Source: an uncultured bacterium (GTDB taxonomy: Bacteria > Krumholzibacteriota > Krumholzibacteriia > WVZY01 > JAKEHA01). Taken from it: a stretch of 46,442 nucleotides of DNA. The position numbers and the translations under genes were made by a program. The notes beneath the pieces were generated by a model. The model ran no database searches, had not been told where the DNA came from, and saw only the letters and a program-made list of their open reading frames with translations. The DNA lies in the NCBI GenBank assembly GCA_965371015.1, contig CBDUWU010000002.1, positions 1 to 46,442 on the forward strand, written 5' to 3'. Below are positions 26,526 through 35,183 of this stretch, piece after piece (the stretch's first letter is position 1; the number at the start of each line of letters is the position of its first letter).

Positions 26526-27581
26526 TCAACAGCACGCCCCCCCGGTTCCTTCGGCGTCACGCGCGCCGGCCGCGGCGGGGTCGCAATCGAACGGCCCGTA
26601 GTGCGTGCCACGATCACCCGTCACGAGAAAATGGCCCGCGTATCTCGTTCCGGAGAGCATCGCGGCCGTGTTCCCGCATACGAGCGTCGGTTTGCCGGTG
26701 ACGAACTCGTGGTGGTCGTCCAGCGCAAACCGATGCGGCCCGCCCGGAATCGTCCCGCGATACGTGGCTGTCTGTCCGTAGTCTTCACAGATATCCTCGA
26801 GTGTGTCCAGATTGAAAGCCCTCACCGTCATCGAGTAGAAGTCGATACCCCCGACCTTTGCCTCTATTTCCGGATCTCCGGGCTCGATCGGGCTGCGCGA
26901 AATAACTCGATAATCGTTGATGCCCATGCCGCGGAGCATCCGCCGGAAGTCTTCGATGTACATCGCGCCCCCGAGACACTCTCCGTAGAGGACTGGGTCG
27001 TCGCGCAGGTGGTCGGGCACGCGGCGTCCGGCAAACACGTCGGAGAAGATCAGTTCACCGCCCGGCTTGAGAACGCGGAAAATCTCGGCAAAGGCGCGCG
27101 GCTTGTCGGGGGATAGGTTGAGTACGCAGTTCGAGATCACCACGTCGACGGAATCGTCTTCGATCCCGGCGGCGGCGAGGTCCTCGATGTATCCGTGCCG
27201 GAAAGAGACGTTCGGCCTTTCCAGACCGAATCTCTCCGCCTGGCCTTCCGCGTGACGGACCGCGACGGCGAGTTGTTCTTCCGTCATGTCGACGCCGATC
27301 ACCCGGCCGCCGGCGCCGGCGAGCGCCGACGCGATATAAACGTCCCGGCCCGTCCCGCAGCCCAGGTCGAGGACAACCCTGTCCTCGAGCAACGGCGGGA
27401 TCGGAGATCCGCAACCGTAGAACTTCTCGATGATCTCGGGATGAATATTCTCGAGTATCTCCCTGTGTTCGGCCCCAAGTCCTTCCGTTGGACAGCAGGC
27501 GTTTGTCCTGAGGTCCCGGGCGCCCGTCAGGGTTTTCCCGTAGTACTCTTTTACTTCTTTGTGTTTCAGCGGTACCGACAT
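26526..27581 (-). CDS. arsM: arsenite S-adenosylmethionine methyltransferase
   Basis: Start moved to ATG 27581 (GGAG upstream). VKEYYG, NACCP, FYGCGSP, SAM motif VLDLGCGTGRD, VISNCVLNL and YGECLGGAMY, giving four ArsM-type Cys positions. Confidence 0.85.
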   Translation of the reverse strand: MSVPLKHKEVKEYYGKTLTGARDLRTNACCPTEGLGAEHREILENIHPEIIEKFYGCGSPIPPLLEDRVVLDLGCGTGRDVYIASALAGAGGRVIGVDMTEEQLAVAVRHAEGQAERFGLERPNVSFRHGYIEDLAAAGIEDDSVDVVISNCVLNLSPDKPRAFAEIFRVLKPGGELIFSDVFAGRRVPDHLRDDPVLYGECLGGAMYIEDFRRMLRGMGINDYRVISRSPIEPGDPEIEAKVGGIDFYSMTVRAFNLDTLEDICEDYGQTATYRGTIPGGPHRFALDDHHEFVTGKPTLVCGNTAAMLSGTRYAGHFLVTGDRGTHYGPFDCDPAAAGARDAEGTGGACC

Positions 27582-27738
27582 CGGGCAATCTCCGGAACTT
27601 GTTTTTGCAAATGGACGGTTTCGTTTCAACGGGGCGGGCACACGTGCCGCGCCCCCGGATTGATTGTCTGCTTTGTCGCCGGGCAGGGAGATAACTTACG
27701 TTCGATCTGGTATCAGGGCAAGGGCGATCGCGGCCGAA

Positions 27739-28458
27739 TCAGCCGTTTTTGAGCCTGTAGTCTTCACTGTAGAACCTGACCAGCTTTTCAGGTGATACGC
27801 CGGCAGCGTAGAGAATCGATATCATATAGTTCTGGAGCACACGCCGGGCGATCCCTTCCGCCTCCAGTCGGCGGCGCGAGGTCCGGACGAAACTATCCAA
27901 TATTTTCATTCGCCCGCCGAGCCGGCGGATGCGGCGGACAATCTCTACGTCTTCCATGAGGGGAATCTCGCTGTACCCCCCGATCCGTTCGAAATGGGCG
28001 CGCCGGAGGAATATCGCCTGGTCCCCGTAGGGAAGCCGGTTCCAGCGCGAACGAATGGTGACGAAGCCCGACATGAGGCGATAAATGAACCGGTCGGAAT
28101 CGAATCGCAGCCGGAACGCCCCGCCGACGATTTCATCGCTGGAGAGAGCCGCGTCGATATCGGAAAGCGCGCCGGGAGGAAGCCGGGTGTCGGCGTGCAG
28201 AAATATCAACGTCGCGCCTCTCGCGGCGGCGGCCCCGGCATTCATCTGTCGGGACCGCCACCGTGGAGACGTCATGGTAACGACGTGATCGTCCTGGATG
28301 GTTCCGATGGTACCGCCGGCGGGGTCACCGTCGACGACGATCACTTCGCAGCGACCGGCGCCGTCGAGCCCGCCGATGTGTTCCAGCAGACCGGCGACCG
28401 TGTCTTCCTCATAGAGGACAGGCACGACGATCGAAAAATCCGGCCCGGCCTGTTTCAT
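27739..28458 (-). CDS. small soluble GT2-family transferase (resembles the 'rSAM/selenodomain-associated transferase 2' family)
   Basis: FSIVVPVLYEEDTV, IFLHADTRLP and LPYGDQAIFLRRAHFERIGGY. The ATG directly abuts the upstream stop (TAGATG). Confidence 0.8.
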   Translation of the reverse strand: MKQAGPDFSIVVPVLYEEDTVAGLLEHIGGLDGAGRCEVIVVDGDPAGGTIGTIQDDHVVTMTSPRWRSRQMNAGAAAARGATLIFLHADTRLPPGALSDIDAALSSDEIVGGAFRLRFDSDRFIYRLMSGFVTIRSRWNRLPYGDQAIFLRRAHFERIGGYSEIPLMEDVEIVRRIRRLGGRMKILDSFVRTSRRRLEAEGIARRVLQNYMISILYAAGVSPEKLVRFYSEDYRLKNG

Positions 28459-30645
28459 CTAGAGACTTTCGCTCGAAATACCCATCGTCTTGAGGACGAA
28501 TGAGTAAATGTCGGCGTATTCCTCGATGACCTTGGTCATCGGCTTGCCGCCCCCGTGTCCCGCCTTCATTTCGACGCGCAACAGGAGCGGATTCTTGCCG
28601 CTGTCCGCCGCCTGCAGCGTCGCGGCGAATTTCTTCGCGTGTGACGGCACGACGCGGTCGTCGGTATCGGCGCTGGTGATGAGCGTCGGCGGATACGTCG
28701 CGCCCGGTTCGACGTTGTGCAAAGGCGAGTACTCGTACATGAACTTGAAGTGCTCGGGGTCCGCCTCGGCGTTACCGTAGTCGCTCACCCAATAGCGCCC
28801 CACCGTGAACTTGTGGTAACGGAGCATGTCGGTCACCGGGACACGGCATACCACGGCGCCGAACAGCTCGGGACGCTGTAACAGGCACGCCGCCACCAGC
28901 AGGCCGCCGTTGCTGCCGCCGCTGATCAGGAGACGCGGAGTGCTCGTCCAGCCTTCGGCAATGAGATACTCGGCCGCGGCGATGAAATCGTCGAACACAT
29001 TCTGCTTGTTCCCGAGGATGCCCCCCTGGTGCCACTCTTCTCCGTACTCTTCGCCCCCGCGGATATTCGCTACCACATAAACACCGCCCATCTCGAGCCA
29101 CAGCAGGCGGCTGGCGCTGAAGTATGGCGTCATGCTGACGTTGAACCCACCGTAGCCGTAGAGCCAGCACGGATTCTGGCCGTCTTTCTCGAGCCCCTTC
29201 TTGTGGGTCACGAACATCGGGACCCGCGTCCCGTCTTTCGATTCGAAGAAGTACTGCTCGGTAACGTATTTGGAAGAATCAAAATCAATCTCGGGTTCGC
29301 GGAAGACGGACAGTTCGCTTTTCGCAAAGTCGTAGCGGTATGCCGTGGTCGGATAGACGTAAGACGTAAAGCCGTAAAACATCTCCTTGTCCGTGCGTTT
29401 TCCCGTTATGCCCCACACAGAACCGATCGTGGGCATCTCGATGTCGCCCGCCGGCTTGCCTTTCTTGTCGAACAATTTGATCTGATTGTGGGCGTCGTGC
29501 ATGTACCCTACGACGAACTTGTTATCCACCATCATGGCGAAGTCGATGACGTCCTTGCTCTCGGGAATGATTTCTTTCCAGTTCTTGCGGTCGGGATTGT
29601 CGACGTCGATGGCGATGATCCGGCTTCGCGGCGCATCGAGCGTCGTATTGAAGAACCACGTCGACCCGATGTTGTCTACGAAGACGTAGCGCGCTTCGTG
29701 CAGGTCCAGCAGCGTGGTAAAGTCACCGTCGTTCTCGACCTTGCGGTAGTAGATACCGTTGCGGTCGTCGGTCCCGTGGTACGCGTATAAAATCAGGTAC
29801 TTGCCGTCGTCCGTGATCCCCGGGCCGAAGCCGTACTCTTTGTTGGCCTCGTCCTCGTAAACGAGGACGTCTTCCGACTGCGGAGTGCCGAGTTTGTGCC
29901 AGTAGACGCGGCTGAAGTTGTTCATATCTTTTTCCGGCACCTCGCCCTCGGCGGGAAACCGGTTGTAGTAGAAGCCCGAGTTGTCGTGCTTCCACGCGAT
30001 GCTGGAGAACTTGCACCACTCGAGGACTTCATCGAAGTCCTTGGCCGCGTCGATGTCGCGGACGTGAATTTTCTGCCAGTCGCTGCCCGAGCTCGACAGA
30101 CCGTAGGCGAGCAGCGTGCCGTCGTGGCTGTACTCCTTGGCGTTGAGCGCGATCGTTCCGTCCTCGCTCAGTGTATTGGGGTCGATCACGACGGAGGCCT
30201 GTCCGTCGAGCGACTTCTGCATGTAGAGAACCGACTGGTTTTGCAGCCCGTCGTTCTTGGTGAAGAAATAGCGGTCCCCGTGTTTATAGGGGAGCGAATA
30301 GCGCGGGTAATTCCAGATGTTGGTGAACCAGTCGACGATCTTGTCGCGTCCCGCGTAGGAGTCAACGTAACCGCGGGTCAACTCGTTCTCCGCGTTGACC
30401 CACTCGATCGTATCATCGGCGTCGGGGTCCTCGAGCCAGCGGTACGGATCCGCCACGATGGTGCCGTGGTAGTCGTCGGCGACGTCGACTTTGTTGGCTT
30501 CCGGGTATTTATATTCGCCGGCTTCGCCGGCATGGACGGCGTCGAACACCGTCCCGGCCATGAAGACGGCGGCCACGGAGAACGCGATCAACGCTACGGT
30601 TTTGCACACGCCGCAGCTTTGCCGCACCGGTTGATTCGATGACAT
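28459..30645 (-). CDS. prolyl oligopeptidase (S9A), N-terminal signal/anchor
   Basis: Start moved to ATG 30645, preceded by AGGAGGAG. DPYRWLED. Ser-Asp-His triad context GGSNGGLL, D in ADTDDRV, and AGHGGG. Confidence 0.9.
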   Translation of the reverse strand: MSSNQPVRQSCGVCKTVALIAFSVAAVFMAGTVFDAVHAGEAGEYKYPEANKVDVADDYHGTIVADPYRWLEDPDADDTIEWVNAENELTRGYVDSYAGRDKIVDWFTNIWNYPRYSLPYKHGDRYFFTKNDGLQNQSVLYMQKSLDGQASVVIDPNTLSEDGTIALNAKEYSHDGTLLAYGLSSSGSDWQKIHVRDIDAAKDFDEVLEWCKFSSIAWKHDNSGFYYNRFPAEGEVPEKDMNNFSRVYWHKLGTPQSEDVLVYEDEANKEYGFGPGITDDGKYLILYAYHGTDDRNGIYYRKVENDGDFTTLLDLHEARYVFVDNIGSTWFFNTTLDAPRSRIIAIDVDNPDRKNWKEIIPESKDVIDFAMMVDNKFVVGYMHDAHNQIKLFDKKGKPAGDIEMPTIGSVWGITGKRTDKEMFYGFTSYVYPTTAYRYDFAKSELSVFREPEIDFDSSKYVTEQYFFESKDGTRVPMFVTHKKGLEKDGQNPCWLYGYGGFNVSMTPYFSASRLLWLEMGGVYVVANIRGGEEYGEEWHQGGILGNKQNVFDDFIAAAEYLIAEGWTSTPRLLISGGSNGGLLVAACLLQRPELFGAVVCRVPVTDMLRYHKFTVGRYWVSDYGNAEADPEHFKFMYEYSPLHNVEPGATYPPTLITSADTDDRVVPSHAKKFAATLQAADSGKNPLLLRVEMKAGHGGGKPMTKVIEEYADIYSFVLKTMGISSESL

Positions 30646-30712
30646 AATAGTCTCCTCCTGTATGTGGAATTTGTCTCGGGAGCCGTCATTATAATACACT
30701 CGCCGGCCCGTC

Positions 30713-30741
30713 TTGACAGTACGCATTTCAGGAGGTATCGT
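30713..30741 (+). promoter_or_regulatory. sigma70-type promoter candidate for the thi operon (TTGACA-17-TATCGT)
   Basis: TTGACA at 30713-30718, 17-nt spacer, TATCGT at 30736-30741. Confidence 0.45.
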
Positions 30742-30749
30742 AGGAACGA

Positions 30750-30800
30750 GACGGGGGTGCCCGGCCGTCATCCGCCGGGCCGGGCTGAAATCAAACCCAC
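30750..30800 (+). promoter_or_regulatory. THI-box-like element (5' half of a TPP riboswitch aptamer only)
   Basis: GGGGUGC, then a P3-like stem CCCGGCC...GGCCGGG, then CUGAAA (consensus CUGAGA), then ACCC. The ACCUGAUCUGG..GCG..GGGA half is not recognisable before ATG 30820. Confidence 0.3.
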
Positions 30801-30819
30801 CGCGAAATCATTCATACTG

Positions 30820-31971
30820 ATGTATAAAGAAGAAAAAGACCGCGTCGCCATCGTCGGCGGCGGCATCATCGGCCTGGGGCTGGGATGGCAGCTGGCGCGC
30901 CGCGGACGCCCGGTCACTGTGTTCGACAAGGACACCGCCGGACGGGCTGCCAGCTGGGTGGCGGCGGGTATGCTCGCCCCCGTGTCGGAGTTCGACTTCG
31001 AGAACGAAGATTTTCTACGATTCGGGCAGAAGAGTCTGGAACTCTTCCCCCGCTTTCTCGACGAACTGGCACAGGACAGCGGGCGCCGGGTGAAGCTGGA
31101 TACGCGCGGCACGATGATGGTGGGATTTCACCGCGACGATACCGAACGCATCCGCCGTATCTACAATTTCCGCGAACACCGTGGCCTGCCGGTCACGTGG
31201 TTGACGGGCACCGAGGCGAGAGAAATCGAACCCCTCCTCTCCCCCAAAGCCGCCTCGGCGATGTGGATTCCCGAAGACCACCAGGTCGACAACCGCGACG
31301 TGGTCGATGCGTTGAAACTCGCGCTGACCGGCGCGGGCGGCGAGCTGGTCGAGGAAACGGCGGTCAAGGCGATCCGCACGGAGAGAGGACGGTGCACGGG
31401 CGTCGTCACCTCCACCGCCGATCAGGCGGAAAGCCTGATCCACGATGCCGGAACGACGGTGATCGCGGCGGGCTGCTGGTCGGGCCTCATCGAAGGTATC
31501 CCCGAAGAAATCGCCCCCCCCGGGGTGCGCCCGGTCAAGGGGCAGATCGTCTCCCTCCTCACCGACGAGACGTACGAGTTCAAGCGCGTGATCCGCGCGC
31601 CGGACGCTTACATACTGCCGAAAGGCGACGGGCGCCTTCTCATCGGCGCGACGGAAGAGGAGATGGGATTCGACACGACGCCGACGGCGGGCCCTGTGAT
31701 GAGGCTCATCGAACGTGCGTGGGAAGCGGTTCCGTCGATATACGACCTGCCGATCGAGCGCATCGACGCTGGCCTGCGCCCGGGCACCCGGGATCACGAA
31801 CCGCTGATCGGTGAGACGGGAATGGAGGGGCTGGTGTACGCGACGGGACACTACCGGCACGGAATACTGCTGGCGCCGATCACCGCTTATTCGCTGTGCG
31901 ACATGATTGTCGACGGCGCGGTACCGGATGACCTGGCGCCGTTCGCTCCGACGCGTTTTTCGAGGCGATGA
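30820..31971 (+). CDS. thiO: glycine oxidase
   Basis: Start moved to ATG 30820. RVAIVGGGIIGLGLGWQLARRG. DAO fold. Located immediately upstream of thiS and thiG. Confidence 0.88.
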   Translation: MYKEEKDRVAIVGGGIIGLGLGWQLARRGRPVTVFDKDTAGRAASWVAAGMLAPVSEFDFENEDFLRFGQKSLELFPRFLDELAQDSGRRVKLDTRGTMMVGFHRDDTERIRRIYNFREHRGLPVTWLTGTEAREIEPLLSPKAASAMWIPEDHQVDNRDVVDALKLALTGAGGELVEETAVKAIRTERGRCTGVVTSTADQAESLIHDAGTTVIAAGCWSGLIEGIPEEIAPPGVRPVKGQIVSLLTDETYEFKRVIRAPDAYILPKGDGRLLIGATEEEMGFDTTPTAGPVMRLIERAWEAVPSIYDLPIERIDAGLRPGTRDHEPLIGETGMEGLVYATGHYRHGILLAPITAYSLCDMIVDGAVPDDLAPFAPTRFSRR

Positions 31972-32180
31972 ACGACATGGAACTGACGGTCAACGGCACG
32001 CCCCGGACGATCGAAGCGGCGACGGTCGCCGAACTGATGGTCGAGCTGGGCTTCGAGCTCAACGCGCCCGGCATCGCGGCGGCGCTCAACGGCGCGGTGG
32101 TACCGCAGACGGAGTGGGGCTCGGCGAAGCTGGACGACGGCGACACGATCGACATCATCCACGCCGTCCAGGGCGGTTGA
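31968..32180 (+). CDS. thiS: sulfur carrier protein ThiS
   Basis: 70 aa ending ...IIHAVQGG. ATGA overlap with thiO. Confidence 0.9.
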   Translation: MNDMELTVNGTPRTIEAATVAELMVELGFELNAPGIAAALNGAVVPQTEWGSAKLDDGDTIDIIHAVQGG

Positions 32181-32213
32181 TATCTGTCGGCCTTATACGA
32201 TCAAGGAATCAGT

Positions 32214-32990
32214 ATGGACAAGTTCAAGATTGCAGACAGAGAATTCGGCTCGCGGTTGATCGTCGGGACGTCGCGGTATCCCGACCCGCAGACCATGCTC
32301 GACGCCCTCGAAGCCAGCGGGACCGAGATGGTCACCGTCGCCATTCGGCGCGTCAAGCTCGACGACCCCTCCGAAGAGAGCCCCCTGCGGCTGTTGCGCA
32401 AACGCGGCTACTTCATCCTCCCCAACACCGCCGGTTGTTACACCGCCAGGGAAGCCGTGCTCACAGCCCGGCTCGCGCGAGAAGCCCTCGGCGAGAACTG
32501 GATCAAACTCGAGGTCATCGGCGACGACGAGACCCTCTTTCCCGACGTTCCCGAGCTCCTCAAGGCCGCCGAGCAGCTCGTCGCCGAAGGATTCGTCGTG
32601 CTTCCCTACTGCAACGACGACCCCATCTCGTGCAAAAAACTGGCCGGCATCGGATGCGCCGCCGTCATGCCGCTCGGCGCGCCCATCGGCAGTGGAATGG
32701 GCGTTCGCAATCCATACAATCTCCAGATCATCCGGAAAATGGTAGACGTTCCGCTCATCGTCGATGCCGGGGTCGGGACCGCATCCGACGCCGCCATCGC
32801 CATGGAACTCGGCGCCGAGGGAATCCTCCTCAACACCGCTATCGCCCAGGCCAAGCACCCCGTCGACATGGCCCGGGCCATGCGTCTCGGCGTCGAAGCC
32901 GGCAGGTTGGCCTTCCGTGCCGGGCGAATACCCCGTAAACTGTACGCGACTGCGTCGAGCCCCCTGGAAGGCATGATCGGAGGCGATTGA
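32214..32990 (+). CDS. thiG: thiazole synthase
   Basis: [32 protein letters not shown] and [13 protein letters not shown]. Confidence 0.95.
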   Translation: MDKFKIADREFGSRLIVGTSRYPDPQTMLDALEASGTEMVTVAIRRVKLDDPSEESPLRLLRKRGYFILPNTAGCYTAREAVLTARLAREALGENWIKLEVIGDDETLFPDVPELLKAAEQLVAEGFVVLPYCNDDPISCKKLAGIGCAAVMPLGAPIGSGMGVRNPYNLQIIRKMVDVPLIVDAGVGTASDAAIAMELGAEGILLNTAIAQAKHPVDMARAMRLGVEAGRLAFRAGRIPRKLYATASSPLEGMIGGD

Positions 32991-32991
32991 A

Positions 32992-33636
32992 GTGATAGAT
33001 TTCCGCTTTTACCTCGTTACGGACCGCAAGCAATGCGCTCCGCGGTCACTGCAGTCCATGGTCAGGGAGGCGTGCGACGCCGGCGTCAAAGCCGTGCAGT
33101 TGCGCGAAAAAGACCTCGCCCCCAGGGAGGTCGAGGAGTACATCGCACGGCTCCTCGAAATCACACACGACCGGGACACCCGGCTTCTGCTCAATCGCAA
33201 GGAACCCATCCGCGAAGCCGAGGACGCATATCTCGCAGCCAGCCTCACCGTCGACGGATTTCACTTCCCCGAGGGAATGACGTTTCCGCACGAACTCCGC
33301 GCGCGGTTTCCGAAAGTGCTCGTCGGCATGAGCACCCACTCGGCGGGGGCCGCCGTTACCGCCGCGGCGGAAGGCGCCAGCTTTATCACGTTCGGCCCCG
33401 TGTTCGAGACACCGTCCAAAAAGACCTACGGACCGCCGCAGGGACTCGACGCCCTCGCGAAAGTAACGGCGAGTATCACCGTCCCCGTGTTCGCCATCGG
33501 CGGCATCACGCCCGACAATGCGGCCGATTGCATCGCCGCCGGCGCCCACGGAGTGGCCGCCGTCAGCGCCGTAATGACGGCCGAGGACATCGGCAACGTC
33601 GTCGGCCGTTTCCGCTCTGCAATCGGATCGCTGTGA
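32992..33636 (+). CDS. tenI: ThiE paralog lacking the ThiE Mg/PPi motifs; probable TenI-like thiazole tautomerase
   Basis: GTG start. TMP-TENI fold. NRK replaces NDR, GFHFPEG replaces GVHLGxxD, and FGPVFETPSKK resembles TenI. Confidence 0.65.
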   Translation: MIDFRFYLVTDRKQCAPRSLQSMVREACDAGVKAVQLREKDLAPREVEEYIARLLEITHDRDTRLLLNRKEPIREAEDAYLAASLTVDGFHFPEGMTFPHELRARFPKVLVGMSTHSAGAAVTAAAEGASFITFGPVFETPSKKTYGPPQGLDALAKVTASITVPVFAIGGITPDNAADCIAAGAHGVAAVSAVMTAEDIGNVVGRFRSAIGSL

Positions 33637-34286
33637 TTCCCGCGCGTCCCCCGATCGGCCGGCTTCACGTCATCACCGACACCCGCATCCAGGACCGGTT
33701 CGACCACGTCGAGCTCGCGCGCATGTCGGTCGCGGGCGGCGCCACCGTCATCCAGATTCGTGACAAACAGTTGACCGATGCGGAACTCGTGTCCGTAGCG
33801 AAACGCGTTCTTGCCGATTGCCGCGCCGCGGGAGCGTCGCTCATCGTCAACGACCGCATCGAGGTGGCGGCACGGGCGGGGGCCGACGGCGTCCATCTCG
33901 GCCACGATGACGCGCCCATTGCCCAGGCACGGCGAGTGCTCGGCGCCGATGCGGTCATCGGCGGCAGCGCGGGAACGGTGGACGAGGCGGTGGAAGCGGC
34001 CCGGGCCGGCGCCGACTACGTCGGCTTCGGCCACGTATACCCGACCTCGACCAAGAACAAACCGGGGCCGCCCGTGGGGCTCGATGGACTCGCGCTCGCG
34101 TGCTCGGCAATCGAAATTCCCGTCATCGCCATCGGCGGTATTACCGGAGAGTCCGCCGCCGGCGCCCTGGCCGCCGGCGCCTGGGGGGTGGCTGTCGTCG
34201 GCGCCGTCTGCGCCGCCAGCGATCCCGAGGCCGCCGCGCGCGCCCTCGCGTCGTGCATCGCCCAGGGCCACGGAGACGCATCATGA
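33633..34286 (+). CDS. thiE: thiamine-phosphate synthase
   Basis: GTG 33633 overlaps the upstream stop (GTGA). [35 protein letters not shown] and [10 protein letters not shown]. The ORF-track start at 33033 is rejected. Confidence 0.85.
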   Translation: MIPARPPIGRLHVITDTRIQDRFDHVELARMSVAGGATVIQIRDKQLTDAELVSVAKRVLADCRAAGASLIVNDRIEVAARAGADGVHLGHDDAPIAQARRVLGADAVIGGSAGTVDEAVEAARAGADYVGFGHVYPTSTKNKPGPPVGLDGLALACSAIEIPVIAIGGITGESAAGALAAGAWGVAVVGAVCAASDPEAAARALASCIAQGHGDAS

Positions 34287-35098
34287 CAAAAATTAAGCAG
34301 GCGCTCACCATCGCCGGCTCCGACTCCGGAGGGGGCGCCGGCATCCAGGCCGATATCAAGGCGATGCAGGCCAACGGCGTTTTCGCCGCATCCGTTGTCA
34401 CCGCGGTGACCGCGCAGAACACGGTCGAGGTACGCAGCGCCGTCGAGTTGCCCCTCGAATCGATTCGCGCCCAGCTCGAAGCGGTATTCGACGACTTCGA
34501 CATCACCGCCGCCAAAACGGGCATGCTGGCATCGACGGGCGTCATCGAAACCGTCGCTTCGTTTCTCACCGAAACCGGTTTTCGGGACCTCGTCGTAGAC
34601 CCCGTAATGATCTCGAAGAGCGGCTATTCCCTCCTCGCCGCCGACGCGGTCACGGCACTCCGCGACCAACTTCTGCCGCTCGCGCTCGTCGCCACTCCCA
34701 ACCTCCACGAAGCCTCGCTGCTCGCTGGAATCGAAATCGCCGGACTCGACGACATGAGAGAGGCGGCGAGGATCATTCACGGTTCGGGTCCGCGAAACGT
34801 GATCGTCAAGGGCGGACACGCCGACTTCAGCCCGGGGACCGACGTGCTGTTCGACGGCAGAGAGTTCCATGAATTCGCGGCGGACGCAGTGTTCGACAGG
34901 AGCGTCCACGGGACCGGGTGCACGTTTTCAGCCGCGATCACCGCCCGCCTGGCGCTGGGGGAACCCCTCACCACCGCCGTCGCCAACGCCAAGACGTACG
35001 TCACCTGCACCATCGAGCACCAACTCGAGATCGGCGCCGGCCACGGCCCCGGGCATCACTTCTATTTCCTCGACTCGTCGGATTTTCAGAAGAACTGA
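34283..35098 (+). CDS. thiD: hydroxymethylpyrimidine / phosphomethylpyrimidine kinase
   Basis: ATG 34283 overlaps the thiE stop (ATGA). [26 protein letters not shown] and [10 protein letters not shown]. Confidence 0.9.
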   Translation: MTKIKQALTIAGSDSGGGAGIQADIKAMQANGVFAASVVTAVTAQNTVEVRSAVELPLESIRAQLEAVFDDFDITAAKTGMLASTGVIETVASFLTETGFRDLVVDPVMISKSGYSLLAADAVTALRDQLLPLALVATPNLHEASLLAGIEIAGLDDMREAARIIHGSGPRNVIVKGGHADFSPGTDVLFDGREFHEFAADAVFDRSVHGTGCTFSAAITARLALGEPLTTAVANAKTYVTCTIEHQLEIGAGHGPGHHFYFLDSSDFQKN

Positions 35099-35112
35099 CG
35101 TTATCAACGAAA

Positions 35113-35143
35113 GCCGCCCGGAATTCCATCCGGGCGGTTTCTT
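35113..35143 (+). terminator. rho-independent terminator after thiD (usable in both directions)
   Basis: ccgcccgga-attcca-tccgggcgg forms a 9-bp stem, followed by tttctt. It lies between the convergent thiD and racemase genes. Confidence 0.75.
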
Positions 35144-35183
35144 GTCAAATCTGTTTGACGGTATTCGCCCCCCGCCCCCGGGG

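Noticed and set aside
26515-26528. Possibility that the arsM TGA stop (after ...GGACC) is a selenocysteine codon
   Set aside because: Read-through would add only UKLRK before the next TGA. I see no obvious SECIS-like hairpin immediately downstream, and the arsS ATG follows 11 nt later. It is treated as a normal stop.
30750-30822. Calling a complete TPP riboswitch
   Set aside because: Only the 5' half matches, and the conserved CUGAGA is CUGAAA. The 3' pyrophosphate-binding half could not be found. It is reported only as a THI-box-like element with low confidence.
30885-32938. Long plus-strand ORFs 30885-31814 (309 aa) and 31907-32938 (343 aa)
   Set aside because: They are off-frame readings of thiO and thiS/thiG (poly-Arg/Gly/Pro). 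The annotated frames carry unmistakable ThiO/ThiS/ThiG motifs.
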